Source: Felis catus
Lineage: Eukaryota
Length of the DNA: 64,000 nucleotides
Assembly (NCBI RefSeq): GCF_018350175.1
Contig: NC_058368.1
Coordinates: 103,914,001-103,978,000 of the forward strand
Reading direction: 5' to 3'
Both the position numbers and the translations under genes were made by a program. The notes beneath the pieces are model-generated. The model did not search any database. It saw only the letters and a program-made list of their open reading frames with translations, and was not told the DNA's origin. Positions 37,560 to 51,074 of this stretch are shown piece by piece. Every line of letters starts with the position of its first letter. The stretch's first letter is position 1.

Positions 37560-38275
37560 CTTCTAAAGTAAGTGTAGTTCTTAAAATCTGATATGAGAGT
37601 TAGATGTGACACCAAAAGTATAACCTACAAAAGAAATAATAAATAAATTTGACCTCATCAAAGTTAAATACAAAAGACACCACCAAGGGGCGCCTGGGTG
37701 ACTCAGCCGGTTCAAGCATCCAACTTTGGCTCAGTCATGATCTCAAGGTCTGTGAGTTTGAGCCCCACTTCGGGCTCTGTGCTGACAGCTCAGAGCCTGG
37801 AGCCTGCTTCAGATTCTGTGCTTCCCCCTCTCTCTGCTCCTCCCCCACTCGTGCTCTATCTCTCTATGTCTCTCAAAAATAAATAAACATTAAAAAAGAT
37901 TTTAACGGGGGCGCCTGGGTGGCGCAGTCGGTTAAGCGTCCGACTTCAGCCAGGTCACGATCTCACGGTCCGTGAGTTCGAGCCCCGCGTCAGGCTCTGG
38001 GCTGATGGCTCAGAGCCTGGAGCCTGTTTCCGATTCTGTGTCTCCCTCTCTCTCTGCCCCTCCCCCGGTCATGCTCTCTCTCTGTCCCAAAAATAAATAA
38101 ATGTTGAAAAAAAAAAAAATTAAAAAAAAAAAAAAGATTTTAACGTTTTTGACCACCAAGAAAGTCAAAGACAATCCACAGAATGGATGAAAATATTTAC
38201 AAATCATTTATTTCATGAAGCTCTAATATCTGGAATATATACAGATTTCTTACAACTTGGTAATGAAAGGACAAC
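37560..38275 (+). mobile_element. L1 fragment containing a SINE (37687-38150) that itself contains a young SINEC_Fc (37908-38129)
   Basis: L1 text caaaagacaccaccaag|aaagtcaaagacaatccacagaatggatgaaaatatttacaaatcat. Outer TSD accaccaag, inner TSD aaaaaagattttaacg. Confidence 0.88.
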
Positions 38276-38289
38276 ATATTTATTTTATT

Positions 38290-38501
38290 ATTATATATAA
38301 TTTTTTTTGAGAGAGAGACAGAGAGAGAAAGGGAGAGAGTATGTAAGCAGAGGAGAGGGCCACAGGGAGAGAGAGAATCCTACACAGGCTCCACACTCAG
38401 TATGAAGACAAACACAGGGCTCGATCCCCCAATGCCGGGATTATGACCTGAGCCAAAATCAAGAGTCGAATGCTTAACCAACTGAGCCACCCAGGCGTCC
38501 C
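38290..38501 (-). mobile_element. SINEC
   Basis: Antisense body ending ccaggcgtccc. Confidence 0.88.
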
Positions 38502-38745
38502 TCCTTTTTTTTTTTAAACTCACCTTCTGTAAGTACAAACCATAAAAATAATGTTTGCATGACCAACAAATTGGCATCCTGATTTTCAAAAGAAATGACA
38601 TATTTTTATTAAGCTAGATCTTCTAGATCAGTATTTTCTTAATTTGCCATTTAACGTTTTGAAAACATTTCCCTTTTATCCTTTCCCTGAAATTGTGCCA
38701 GGCTAAGGTAAGGATGTAGGAGAATAAGTACCGTAAGAAAGGGGT

Positions 38746-39296
38746 TGTTCCAGGGTCCAGATGACTAAAGCACACCCAGGGATTCACCAGAAGCACCCAC
38801 AGAACTCAGCATATAGTAGTACACAAGGCTAAGATTTAATAGCGTGATATAGTAAACTGGGCCATAGTGGCAAAGATTCAGGTGGAGTCTGGAGGAATCC
38901 TTATATAGGCTCCCTTATGCCCTCTCCCTCCCATGATAGGTCCCAGAGAACACCCTCTTCCCCCATCAAGGAAAATGTAACAACAGGCATATGATGTTTT
39001 TGCCCGGAGAAGCCCTTTAGAGACAGGGGAACCACGGTTTTTATTGGAGGCTGGTCACATAGGAACCCTCTGCCTAGACATGCTCCAAATTTAAACTCCC
39101 AGAAGGAAAGCAGATGTTGAGCATCAGTCACACTGCTTGCATAGTCTAGGCCCCATGAGCCACTTTTACCAGCCTGGGAAAAGTGGGAACACCCCCAAAA
39201 CCTAAGCTCCCAAGGGTCAGCTAAGAGCTGAGCTTGCAAACAAGCCCTTCTAAGAAGACCAGTCTCGGGCCTGCTACGGTGACTCTATTCTGCACA
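38746..39296 (-). mobile_element. ERVL-class solo LTR (MER21/MER68/MER77 group)
   Basis: TG..CA termini, 5-bp TSD GGGGT (38741-38745, 39297-39301), family motifs actcccagaaggaaagcag, ggctggtcacatagg and tctgcaca end. Confidence 0.85.
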
Positions 39297-40474
39297 GGGG
39301 TGAAAAACAAAGCCCTCAGAACCACCATCCAATGACACACAGATTCTTGAGGGAAAGACAAAGAGGACCGAGACGCTCTGGAATAGACTTAGCAGGGTTT
39401 CAAGGCCAAGGGGACACTGTAAGGTTTGGCTCCTACATCAAAAGTCTACCTACATCCATGACCTGGGAAGTTGGACTGGTTCAAGGACTAGCCTAGAGTC
39501 AGTTAGGCCTGAGCACTTTGAAGTACTCCTGGGATTTTCCAGGGAAAATTACCACCTGGCTATTACCACCATCAGGGTATTCCACTCCAGTCCTCTGGGT
39601 GAAGACACCTCCCCTAGTGCTATCCTGGAATCAGCGTGTCCTTTGGAAAAGAGATAAAAGGACAGGGAGATGAAGGGAAAAGGTTCTCTGACCTTTACCT
39701 TTCGCCTGTGGCATTCAAGAAAGAATCCTCGCAGATGTACAGGTGTTGAAATGGTTATCGCCCAGAACAGAGTTCATGACTCACTGCTGAAATACTGACC
39801 AGTCCCGCTGTTCCTGTAGCCCAGATGCAAAAGTCTACGAGGCAACCCCGAGAAAGAAACCTCAAGCAGGAGGAACCCGATTTCATCCATGTCCCCACTG
39901 CAAATGCCTCGTAAGAATATCTCATGAAAGCCTGGAAGGACCTACTTGCTGTCTCAACTGTTTCGAGAGTCAGTGACCACCACAAACTAGAATAGACTGG
40001 GGAAATAAAGTGGAAGGGACATCGTTTTTTTTTTTTGCCCCTAGAACAATGACTTTCTATTACATAAGAACTGCTGCACTTTGAGCAGTGAGTTACAAAA
40101 TGTACCGACGCAGGGCAGAACCCAAAAGCAAGAGAATAAGAGTGCAGGCTTCCGTGCCTGCTTGGCATTTCAGAAATGTCCTACCTTTTCTTTTATCACC
40201 TATTCCTAATTTCCTTCTACTTCTTTCACCCGCAGTCTCTTCTTCTCCCTCCCCCTCACTCCCCCAACTCCCCCGAACAGTTAGAAACTGGCTGTAATTT
40301 CCAACGGTTCAAGCAACTGAAACCAAGTGTTTTCTTTTACAATTTGATTTCTCCGATTGCCCAAAGATGGTATCTCACGAACAGATGATTTCTAGCAAAA
40401 ATTCCTGCATGTTTGCCTAAGCGTCTACTGCATCTTCCACATTAACAGTTTGATTTAAATGTTAGCTTCAGGAG

Positions 40475-40708
40475 GGGTGCCCAGGTGGGTCAGTTGGTTG
40501 AGCATCCCACTTCAGCTCGGGTCATGATCTCTCGGTCCATGAGTTCAAGCCCCACGTTGGGCTCTGTATGGACAGCTCAGAGCCTGGAGTCTGCTTCAGA
40601 TTCTGTGTCTCCCTCTCTCTCTGCCCCTCCCCCACTCACACTCTGTCTCTCAAAAATGAATAAATGTTGTAAATATTTTTTTAAAAAAAGAGTTTCTTAA
40701 AAAATAAA
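40475..40708 (+). mobile_element. SINEC_Fc
   Basis: Full body. TSD taaatgttagcttcag. Confidence 0.92.
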
Positions 40709-41534
40709 ATAAATGTTAGCTTCAGCAAATATTAAAGGTCATGAAAATCAGTAAATTCTTTTTTACACTGAATTGCACTTCTGGCCCTATGAAAAAATAG
40801 ACAGTGAATTCTTAGTTAGCAGCAGCCTTTCGAAGTCTTCCAAGCTCTGCCTTAACCATTGGACAGCCACATGGGGAAATCAGTTTTCCAGGATCAGACT
40901 TGGTAGCCCCATGACTCGCTTGACGGACAGGGAGGACACACTCTTGGCAGAGATCAATCACCCAGGGAGGGGCCCTGCACCAAACAATCCACATTTAATC
41001 TTCACAAGGAGTCAAAAGGTCTTGAATCCAAGAAAGTCACCTTAGGCACAAGACACAAGAGGTGAAGCATTAGCAAGTAAGCCTGTTTCCAAGATAGTAA
41101 TAGCCTTCCATTTAACTTGTCTTCCACTGAGGCAAGGTTTTACTAAGACTAATGGAGAAGTTTTCTGTGAAGAGTTGAAAAAATTGCTCCCTCCAAAAAA
41201 TTAAAAAGTTAAAGTTAATTTGATATCAAATAGCAAAAGTAGACTTCAGAATGAGTCACCATCCAATGCGTGTCAGGCCTTCCCTGAACCATGGTCAGGC
41301 TATGGAAAGGTAATGTTCTGCAGCATGCTCAGAGATCTGAGAGCACGAGTGAACACGCAGATCTATGTCGGCCGTGCAAGAACTGGGGATATTAGTCTGC
41401 AGAAGTAAACCTCAGAAGCCAGGTGGGGAGAGTAGGGCAAGAGGGTCAGCTCAGATACTTAAAGCTTTATCACGTTGTAGAGTCGATCTACATGGCCTGA
41501 AGGAGAAGAGATGACAGTCCAATCATTACAAAGA

Positions 41535-41741
41535 TTTTTTTAATGTTTATTTAGTTTTGAGAGAGAGAGAGCATGAGCAGGGGAGGGGCAGAGAGAGAGA
41601 GAGGGAATACACCATCCAAAGCAGCCTCCAGGCTCTGAGCTGTCAGCACAGAGCCTGACATGGGGCTCAAACTCATGAACCTCGAGATCATGGCCTGAGC
41701 CGAAGTCGCATGCTTAACCGACTGAGCCACCCAGGCGCCCC
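41535..41741 (-). mobile_element. SINEC_Fc
   Basis: Antisense body. agtc..aatcatta flanks. Confidence 0.9.
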
Positions 41742-42299
41742 AAGTCGAATCATTATAAAAGAGAAGGTGGAACAACCAGAATTCCCAAGGATGAACTGGG
41801 CTGCTGTGAGTAGTAATGAGCTCCCTGTATCCAGAAGTATTCAAGTCTTTGATAGGTTCATTCAACATTCTGCATTCCTTTATCAAGGGTTTACTCCAGA
41901 GGCTCCACACTGGCTACACACAGGTGACTGGAAAGGTTGTGATTCCTGCTTTGATCCAACTTAGGGTCTGGTGAGGTGATCTGCTCAGAGGTAGACTCTG
42001 AGGGAATTGCTAGAGGGGACTCAAACATACAACCAGATAGGACCTGTCAAGTTCTCCCTAATCTCAACAAACATTCCATGAAATAAAGCCCTAGGTTTTT
42101 CTACATTTGGAGAGCCCCAAATGGTTTTTTTTCTTGCCAAGAATGAGCCAGCCAGATTACCAACTCTTAACTATGAAACTGCTTACAGCTACCTTAAAGA
42201 ACATTTGGGAGGTTGTTGGGATCAGGGTTTTAAACCCATTTTCCTACAGTGAGCTATGAGAATCATTCTTCTGCTCTTGGTTACATTTCCCTTTTCTTC

Positions 42300-42498
42300 T
42301 TTATGCTGATTGATTGATTGAGTTTGGCTGTTTATTTTTTGAGAGAGCGGCTGAATGGGTAAGGGGCAAAGAGAGAGGGGATCGGAAGCGGGCTTTGTGT
42401 TGATACGCTGAGCACGACGTGGGGCTCCAACTCACAGAGCGTGGGATCATGACCTGAGCGGATCCCAGACACTCAACCAACTGAGCCACCCAGGCACC
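42300..42498 (-). mobile_element. SINEC
   Basis: Antisense body ending ccaggcacc. Confidence 0.85.
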
Positions 42499-42504
42499 TC
42501 AGTT

Positions 42505-42577
42505 ACAGTTCTTATAACTTAGAACTGTTATGAAAGTTCTTATAACTTAGAAAGTTATGAAGCATGCTTCATAACTT
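42505..42577. repeat. Composite direct and inverted repeat with a perfect 26-bp palindrome
   Basis: agttcttataacttagaa at 42507-42524 and 42535-42552. aagttatgaagcatgcttcataactt at 42552-42577. Confidence 0.95.
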
Positions 42578-43068
42578 CATGGTTACAAGACACATTTCCT
42601 TGGGAATGACAGTGTTATATACTTAGGAAGGCAACACAAGTCTGGTATACATTGAGGAAACGTAGGAAAAGGATTATTTTTAATGGCTCACATTTATTCT
42701 CAGAATTAATTCCTTAACACAAAGCTGATTCTCGTCTCTTAGTTATAATTAGTGAAGTTCATTTTCTAATCACTTGTAATATGCACATTTTAAGACAGGA
42801 TGACTTTGCTCCAATCTCAATTTCACAACTATGATCTCAGGTTCGAATCACATGATGATATGGAAAAATTACCTCTTGTAGCTACAAGGCCCCTGCGAGT
42901 TTGCCTAGTTTGACCATGGGACACAGGTGAGAAGCTTTGGGAAAATTCCAGGAAGTTAGCCTCAGTGAACCTCCCAGTATGCCTTTAGGCAACAAAGAAT
43001 TCATAAACATGTCTTGATGGAAAATAAACTGGCACTAACAAAAGCTCATTTCACTTCTCTTTTGAAGC

Positions 43069-43285
43069 GTTTTTTTTTTTTAAGTTTATTTTTGAGAGAG
43101 AGAGAGAGAGAGACAAAGAGAGCGGGGGAGGGGCAGAGAGAGAGGGAGAGATAGAGAACGTCAAGCAGGCTCTGGGCTGTCAGCGCAGAGCCTGATGTGG
43201 GACTTGAACCCACAAACCATGACATCCTGACCTGAGCTGAAACCAAGAGTCAGACACTTAACCAACTGAGCCACCCAGGTGCCCC
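43069..43285 (-). mobile_element. SINEC
   Basis: Antisense body. TSD tgaag(c/t)gtttttt. Confidence 0.9.
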
Positions 43286-44247
43286 TGAAGTGTTTTTTAA
43301 ATACTAAAACTAATACAAAAAAATCTACTAGGAAATTGTGTGTTAATTAATGCTAGAATGCCAGAAGTTTAAAAGACAAGGAAAAGAACAATGTTAGGGA
43401 CTGCCAAGTCATAAGCAGCAGGAGAGAACCTGCTACTCGGTTTCCAGAACAAGAGGGAATGCTTTCTAGAAACTTCTAGATATAGACCTGTTTTACCTAG
43501 TCCTTCAATAGAAAGGTTTACTATCAAATAGAGCAATGATACTTTCCATTAATGTACAGTTTTCTAACTATACTCTTGAGCAGATCTTATCTCTGCTGCT
43601 GGTTAAGCTCCGGCAATTAAATACTGAGATAACCCTTAGGACCCCCAGGCATACACAGGATCACAAATGTATAAATCACACAAGTAAGATAATAAGGACA
43701 ATGGGGCTAACCGAACATTGGAAAGTTTCCAGTTCGTTGTTAGGCTTTCAAATTCTAACAACACACACTGGTCGGCTTACATAGCTGAGGGTCACTTATC
43801 TCATGACAGTGCAACCAGCCAGAGAGATTATCAAAAGTGTAGGAGGGGGTCCTTGAATCAGGTTTCAGGCCGAACCCTGCCCCAGTATTGGTCCTCCCGT
43901 CCAGCATCCTCAACAACATCTTGCCTTTTCCTCTATCTTTAGGGCTCCTCCCAACATCCCCAATGGGGCTCCAAACCATCCATGTACCTTCCTTCCTAGC
44001 ACCGACAGTGGAAAAAAGTCTTCTCTCTAAGTAGGACAGTTCTTTTACCCAACTCAGAGAGCCTGGCTTGATGAGCAAGTAGACCTCCTGATAAGAAATG
44101 TACAGCTAATGAACCTACGAGTTGGCTAAACCAAGAAGCCCTGGTAAAAAAAACCACCTAGAAAGATATTCTCAGCCTTCTGGTCAAAGGAGGTGATTCC
44201 CCTCTATCTCTAGGTAGGATCCCTGCTGCTCAAGAACCTGCCCAGGG

Positions 44248-44471
44248 GGGGCGCCTGGGTGGCGCAGTCGGTTAAGCGTCCGACTTCAGCCAGGTCACGA
44301 TCTCGCGGTCCGTGGGTTCGAGCCCCGCGTCAGGCTCTGGGCTGATGGCTCGGAGCCTGGAGCCTGTTTCCGATTCTGTGTCTCCCTCTCTCTCTGCCCC
44401 TCCCCTGTTGATGCTCTGTCTCTCTCTGTCCCAAAAATAAATAAATGTTGAAAAAAAAAATTTAAAAAAAA
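44248..44471 (+). mobile_element. Young SINEC_Fc
   Basis: CpG-rich body. Perfect TSD aagaacctgcccaggg (44232-44247, 44472-44487). Confidence 0.97.
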
Positions 44472-45150
44472 AAGAACCTGCCCAGGGTTCTGAGACTAGG
44501 ACAACCTTCATTGTTTTCTTTGTTGAGCCATTATTTCTTTGGGATTCCTGGTCCACAGTCTCCTACCAGTAAATCTGAGGTAGGAAGAGCTTTGAAAACC
44601 ACACCACCTTCATCACTTAGCTAGCAGAATCTGAAATGCGGTGATGTGAGGCTGTAAGCTGCCTCTCCTTAGAGGACTTAGCAGGAATAGTCACATATTT
44701 AGCTGAAGAAATATTGTTTGATTGAATTACAAGCTGGGGATATTTTGTAACAGGCAGCATATGCGTCATATTACTTTGCTAAAATCCAAAAATATCTCTG
44801 TATTCAAAACATATCTGGCCCCACGGGTTTTGGATCAATGCCTGCGGATCTGTAGTAGCTTCAAAATTAATTCCAGAATTTTCCTTCACTATTTCCCTCC
44901 AGGGCCTGAATTAATTATACTGGATTTTGTGGCTAAAAGGAAAAGGTCACATATGGAAATTGGAAGTCTTCATAATTTAGTGGGGAATTTAATGGGAGGG
45001 GAGTACTTTTATAGAGCCAGGGGTTAGGGTAGAGTCTCCCCCAAAGACCTGGAGAAGACAATATTTACCCCTGAGCAATGGGTTCCTCACCCCTTTGTAT
45101 ACCTTTGGCTAATATTCACCCAGGAAGGAGACTACAAAGAGGGAAATTTA

Positions 45151-45347
45151 GGGGCACCTGGGTGGCTCAGCTGGTTAAGCAACTTACTCTTGATTTCAGC
45201 TCAGGTCATGATCTCACAGCGTGTGAGTTCGAGCCCCACATCAGGCCCTGCGCTGACGGTGGAGAGCCTGCTTGGGATTGCCTCTCTCTCTCTATGCCCG
45301 TCCCCCGCTTGCGCTCTCTCTGTTTCTCTCAAAATAAATGAATAAAA
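45151..45347 (+). mobile_element. SINEC
   Basis: Full body. agggaaat flanks. Confidence 0.9.
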
Positions 45348-46989
45348 AGGGAAATCCATTCCCTGATTCAGTTGGGGAGCTCATCATAAGGTAAGAACTG
45401 CCTTCACTATACAAACAGGCTTTAAAATGAAGATTTGATTCACTAACCAAGCCAGAAAAGTTTGCTTCTGGAGTAGCAAAAACAAGAGAATTGACACTAT
45501 GGGATCAGATCACTTTTATAAGCCAAGCTTGGAATCTACATTCCTTTTACATTACTTTTTATATGAGAAAATGTATTCTGCATACAAAATGCCATGTAGA
45601 GCACAACGCATTTCTAAGTCGGACACTAGCTATAAATACGTAATATTCTTCTAAGTGTCACCATTTTATTGTCCAAGAAATATGTATTGGGCACTTATAA
45701 CAGGTACTCAGAATAGAAGGTTCAACAAGAGACAATGGACCAGACCTCACACTATTCAGACACTAGGCAGAGAGACAATGGGGAGAAAGTAAAACGCAGA
45801 TTAAAGTAAACTCAAACTGACCAGCCGTGAGATCATGACCTGAGCAAAAGTCAGAAGCTTAACCGACACAGCCACTCAAGTGCCACATTTGAAACTTTCT
45901 AAATACATATATGTATCCTCCAAGTTCTGCTAGTAAGAAAGAATTTATCTGGAAAAGAATCGCTTACAGAGTTCACAGTAGAATAAAAGCGTAATTTTCC
46001 CAAAATTTAGATGTTGAACACTATTTGAATCTCAAGACAATAGTGCGGAAGTTTGTCATTAAAAAAAAAAAAAAAAAGTTCTCAACTTTGCCAAAAAGGA
46101 GATGGAGCGTTCGTGTCTGATCTGATAGCTGCCATCCACATTTTTAGAAAATGTGTCCCAATATTCTACATACCATCCTTTTGAAAACAACAGTCTAGTG
46201 CCATTGAAATGCCAAGATTAAATTTTCTAAGTGGAAACCAAAAAACAACTTCTACCTTCCCTGAAATCAGGAAATCCTAGAAAGTCCACAACACAACCCA
46301 AGGAAACAAAGCCTTGGATTCACACAAGTCCTTTTTCTAATGGCGGTTATTTGGTAGAAAGTGCATATAAAGGAAAGCAAGAAGACAAAAAGGGCTTACT
46401 TTTCCCCATGGCAGCTCGTAGCGCGGTTGAGGGTACCACCATCAGCAGAAACGGGAAGCTGTAGGTTGAAAGCACACAGAAGAATTACATGCTTGTTCCC
46501 TTAGGCCAGTTCGCATCAACCACATAATACCAAGGACCGAAAGTCAGTCCATGCTTGATGTTAATCCCCTAAAGGAACAAAAAAGAAATAACCAAGTCCT
46601 GAACTGAGTCTCGGGCATAACGCAACTACCCCTGTACTTTCAGATTTCTAAAAGGCATGAGAAATCCCGTGGGACAGAAATGCCCGCCTGGAAATCAGTA
46701 ATCAGGATCCTCAAGAATAAGGTCTGGGAGGTGTGGAGTACGTACTTGATGAAGTTATTAACTTGGGAAATTTGGACCATGGGGAAAATTTTGAAGGTCA
46801 TTAACCAGGAAAGTGAAATCAGTCCAGGAGGCCTGTGTTCAGTGTCTAGAATTATGAAGCACTCATCTCGGCACTAAAGGGAGAATTACAAAGATGTGTA
46901 AGACATCACTTCCATCCCATTGAAGACACAAGCCTGTATACATATAACCAAAAATTGAGTATTGTGCACACAGTAACAACAGCTAATTA

Positions 46990-47011
46990 TTTTTTTAACA
47001 TTTATTTATTT

Positions 47012-47046
<35 letters not shown>

Positions 47047-47206
47047 GGGAGGATCAGAAAGAGAGAGGGAGACACAGAATCCGAAGGAGGCTCCAGGTTC
47101 TGAGCTGTCTGCATAGAGCCTGATGCAGGGCTCAAACTCAAAAACTGTGAGATCGTGAGATGAGCCAAAGTCAGATGCTTAACCAATTGAGTCACCCAGG
47201 CACCCC
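46990..47206 (-). mobile_element. SINEC_Fc
   Basis: Antisense body. TSD cagctaatta. Confidence 0.9.
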
Positions 47207-47684
47207 AGCAGCTAATTAGTAATACTCACAAGATACATATTACATGCCACATGTCATTCTAAAGGGTTTTCCATGTTTTATTATATATCACAACCACCCC
47301 ATGAGACAGGTGCCATTATTATGCTATTTTACAGTGAGAAAACTTAAGCTCAGAGAATCTGAGTAACTTACGTAAGGTCACACAGCTCCTAAGTGGTAAC
47401 CAGGGATGTAAACCCAGGCTCCAGATGCCACTTACCTCTCTGCTCACCACACAACATAAGATGCAAAGGGTTCTAATTCTGACTACAGTAAGTTATGGAG
47501 GCAGGATGAGGTGGGGAGGTAGGGAAAGGAGAAGAGGGAGCTTCCAGGAGGAAGTAGAAATTGAGAGGTATGTTGCCCAAATGGACACAATATAACCTCC
47601 AACAAAACAACTGGGTTCCCTAGATCTAGTTTCCTTATCTCTAAGCAAGACTGATGAGATTATCTCTCAAGTCCCTTTGGATCT

Positions 47685-47850
47685 TTTATTTTTAGTTTTT
47701 TTAATGTTTATTTTTGAGAGAGAGACAGAGCATGTGCGAGCAAGGTAGGGGCAGAAAGAAGGACAGACAGAATCCCAAGCAGGCTCCCCATTGTCAGTAC
47801 AAAGCCCATTGCGGGGCTCAAACCCATGAACCATGAGATCATGACCTGAA
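47685..47850 (-). mobile_element. 5'-truncated SINEC
   Basis: Antisense tail and body ending at gatcatgacctga. Confidence 0.82.
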
Positions 47851-48257
47851 CCATCCCCTCTTTTGACATGATCTTTTAAATCACTTCAGAATTCCCCTCT
47901 TGTGACATCACCAAAGACAGTACAAAAAGAAGGAGCTTTGGGACAAAACAATTGAATAATAGCTATGTGACACTCAGAGAGTTGTCTACCTTTTGGAACC
48001 TTAGTTTCTTCGTTGATACAGTGAGATCATCTTTATAAGGTTGTTGTACAGGTTAAATAACCTATGCACAGTGCCTGGCACATAGGAGGGATTGGATTAA
48101 TTTCAGTCTCTACTCCCCCTTCTTTTTCCTTTAACTGCAAAAAATTTCAGTTCTTGAACCGAGCTAAACTTTAGATGAGTGACTGGCCACACATTAGGAG
48201 AATTTGGAGGAAGATTGAAAAATAAAAGGATATTTTCTAAAATATCTCAGAGATTTT

Positions 48258-48684
48258 GGGGCACCTGGTGGCTGGGTCGGTTGAGCATCTGACTCTTGAT
48301 TTTGGATCAGGTCATGATCCCAGCATCATGGGATTGAGCCCCACATTGGGCTCTACACTGAGCATGGAGTCTGCTTAGGATTCTCTCTCTTTCCCCCTGT
48401 GCTGCTCTTCCCGCTCATGTGCTGTCTCTCTCCAAAATTAAAAAAAAAAAAAAAAAACAACTTTTTCCTTCTCTTGATCTTTTTTTTTTTTAATCTTTAT
48501 TTATCTTTGAGAGAGAGACAGACAGACAGAGCACAAGTGGGGGAGGAACAAAGACAGAGGGAGACACAGAATCCGAAGCAGGCTCCAGGCTCTGAGCCCG
48601 ATGCGGGGCTCGAACTCACAGACCACGAGACTGTGACCTGAGCCAAAGTCAGACTCTTAATTGAGTGAGCCACCCAGGCGCCCC
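48258..48684. mobile_element. Inverted SINE pair (+ 48258-48458, - 48480-48684)
   Basis: Two bodies tail-to-tail, about 20 bp apart. Confidence 0.88.
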
Positions 48685-49129
48685 TTGATCTCTTTCATTA
48701 TACAACTCAACTACCTTAATGAACAGTCACATGATAAACTGGAAATCAAGAGGTGAATGCACATACTATTTATAAGCCATGATTTATATGGCCTAGGAAG
48801 CTTTCAATATTCCATAAGTTACAGAAAAGTGCACAGTTAAAAGAATCAAAGTCTTTGTAATGTTACATACTGGAGTGGACTAGTTTGTTTGAAAGTTTTC
48901 AAAGTTTCAAACTGGCATAGTTTGAAGTGTTATTATCAAAGATTAAGTAAAGATAGAGATCATGAAGCATATCTGTAGAAGGGAAATGACAAATATATTG
49001 AAATCCAGGAGAAAACAAGATTATGTAAGGAGATGTTTGGTTTCTTCTTGACTAACTCAGAATACATTTTTTTTTTTTTTAACCAGCACTAGCTCAGGAG
49101 ATTTGAGGCTTTTCTTTCCTTCTTACTTC

Positions 49130-49310
49130 TTTTTAATTAAGGTTTAACTTAACATATATTAAAGTGACCAATCTTAACTGTACAGTTAATTTTAATATAT
49201 GCATACACCTATGTAATCATCACCCAGATCAATATAGAGAACATTTCGAGAATCCCTGAAAGTTTCCTATCCCCTTTTCAGTCCACACCCAAAAGGTAAC
49301 CTCTCTCCAC
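49130..49310 (-). mobile_element. Old L1 3' end fragment
   Basis: aatcttaactgtacag..tacacctatgtaatcatcacccagatcaatatagagaacatttc. Confidence 0.65.
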
Positions 49311-51074
49311 AATTTTAAATACAAAAATAGGCAATGATCAGTGAAAAAGTAAAGGAGTCCTAAACGTAATTTTGTTGTGTTTCCTAGGGTGTGCTAGTTT
49401 TTCATTACAAACACTACTCATGGGCAGTTTAGTAACCAATAGATACCCAAGGTGCTAAGGAATTAGCCCACTGGGTGATAAACTGAAACCCAGAGCCTAG
49501 AACATTCTTACCCTACAAGAGTCCCATGACCCATTTCTTTTTTCTAGAGCAAGATGCTTAAAGAAAGAACTGCAAGAATTAAACCAGACTGTCAGCAAAC
49601 CTAGTGTCAATATAAAAGACTCATAAGTGACTCAATGAGGGCTCAGCAAAAATTCTGCCTTGGGGTTAGCAAAGTCAAGATAGGTAATAACAATGAGTCA
49701 GACCCCAACTCTTGCTTGGATCATGAAGCAGTCAACTGTGCATAGAGATGCCTCTGATTTGACACCAATGGAGCACGAACTTTGAGTTGTTTCCCAACTG
49801 TCATAGTTTGACATTCTTGCATACATTTCTTTTTTGCAACACATTTGTTCTGATAACTTTCAGGTCTTTTAGTAAAAGTTGGGAATACTATGAGTGACAC
49901 AGGGGGTCTACTGGGCAGCAAGGCAGTAAGATGTACAAGTTTGGTTCGTGCCTAATCTCAACACCTGAGCTAATGCCATATTTTAGTTTAGTCAAACTAT
50001 AGATTGTCTGTTAATAACTTTTCCAAACATGGATACCTTTTGAGAATAAAAGGGGACTCTCTTATAAATACGCCATAGTAGTGGGACTGAATCAGGACTC
50101 TCAAGGCAACCAGACTCTATAATCATCCTCTGTCAGACTTCATATTGATTACCTCCTAATTCCAATGACTCCTTTATCATTAAACTAAAGCTTTTAGAGT
50201 GGCAAAGACATTTGAGAGAGGAAAAAACCCAGGACACGTCAGAAACTACAGATGAGGCCTAGCAGGCTAAATGTATCGATGTCACTGATTTAAGGATGGA
50301 GTCTTAGTTTGTGATATAAGGAAATTAGGTAGAAGAGGACTGAGGACTCAGAGGGGAATAGATGTTACATCTTCTATAGTTAGTAATGCCTTCTAGCAGG
50401 TGACACAATGATTTAAGGGGCTGATGATCTAAGGGAGGGCAGGACATTCAATTTGTTAAAATGTTATTCTCATCAATAGCAACCTGATAAGGACAATCAA
50501 CAGTTTACTGTACTAATTCCTTTATATACATTAGCTTTTTAAATTCCCCCATGATCCTGTAACATAGATACTACTGCTATTCCCATTTTTTTCCCCACAG
50601 ATGAGGAAACTGAGGCTTAGAGGAGGTAACTCACTAGTCAAAGATAGTAAAATGCATATTAGGACTCTTAGATCAGTTTGAATCTCAATCATTCTGTATT
50701 TTACCTCACTTCATCCCCACCCTTCCCCTGGCTGAGACTCTTTTGCCACAGGACAATTCCCTCAAGTAACTCCAGTAAGGGGAGTTATTTACCAAAGGAC
50801 AGAGACAGAGGGGCAGAAAAGCAAACACCCTAGCACTGCATGAGCAGTTCAGCTGAGAAGCCAGGAATCAAGACCATTCCCACCAGCTCTCACCTCCTGT
50901 TTCTTTGTAGTGTCTACTACTAATTTATACATTTTCTCAAAATCTGGAGACTTTGAGATTCTTCGGGATTCTATAGGACTAAGCATTTCCAGTGTCTGAA
51001 TCTCCCCCTAATGTGTGTTTTACTAAAGCGATTATTATATGTTTTTTAATAAAAAGGAAAGATGAACTTTTAAT

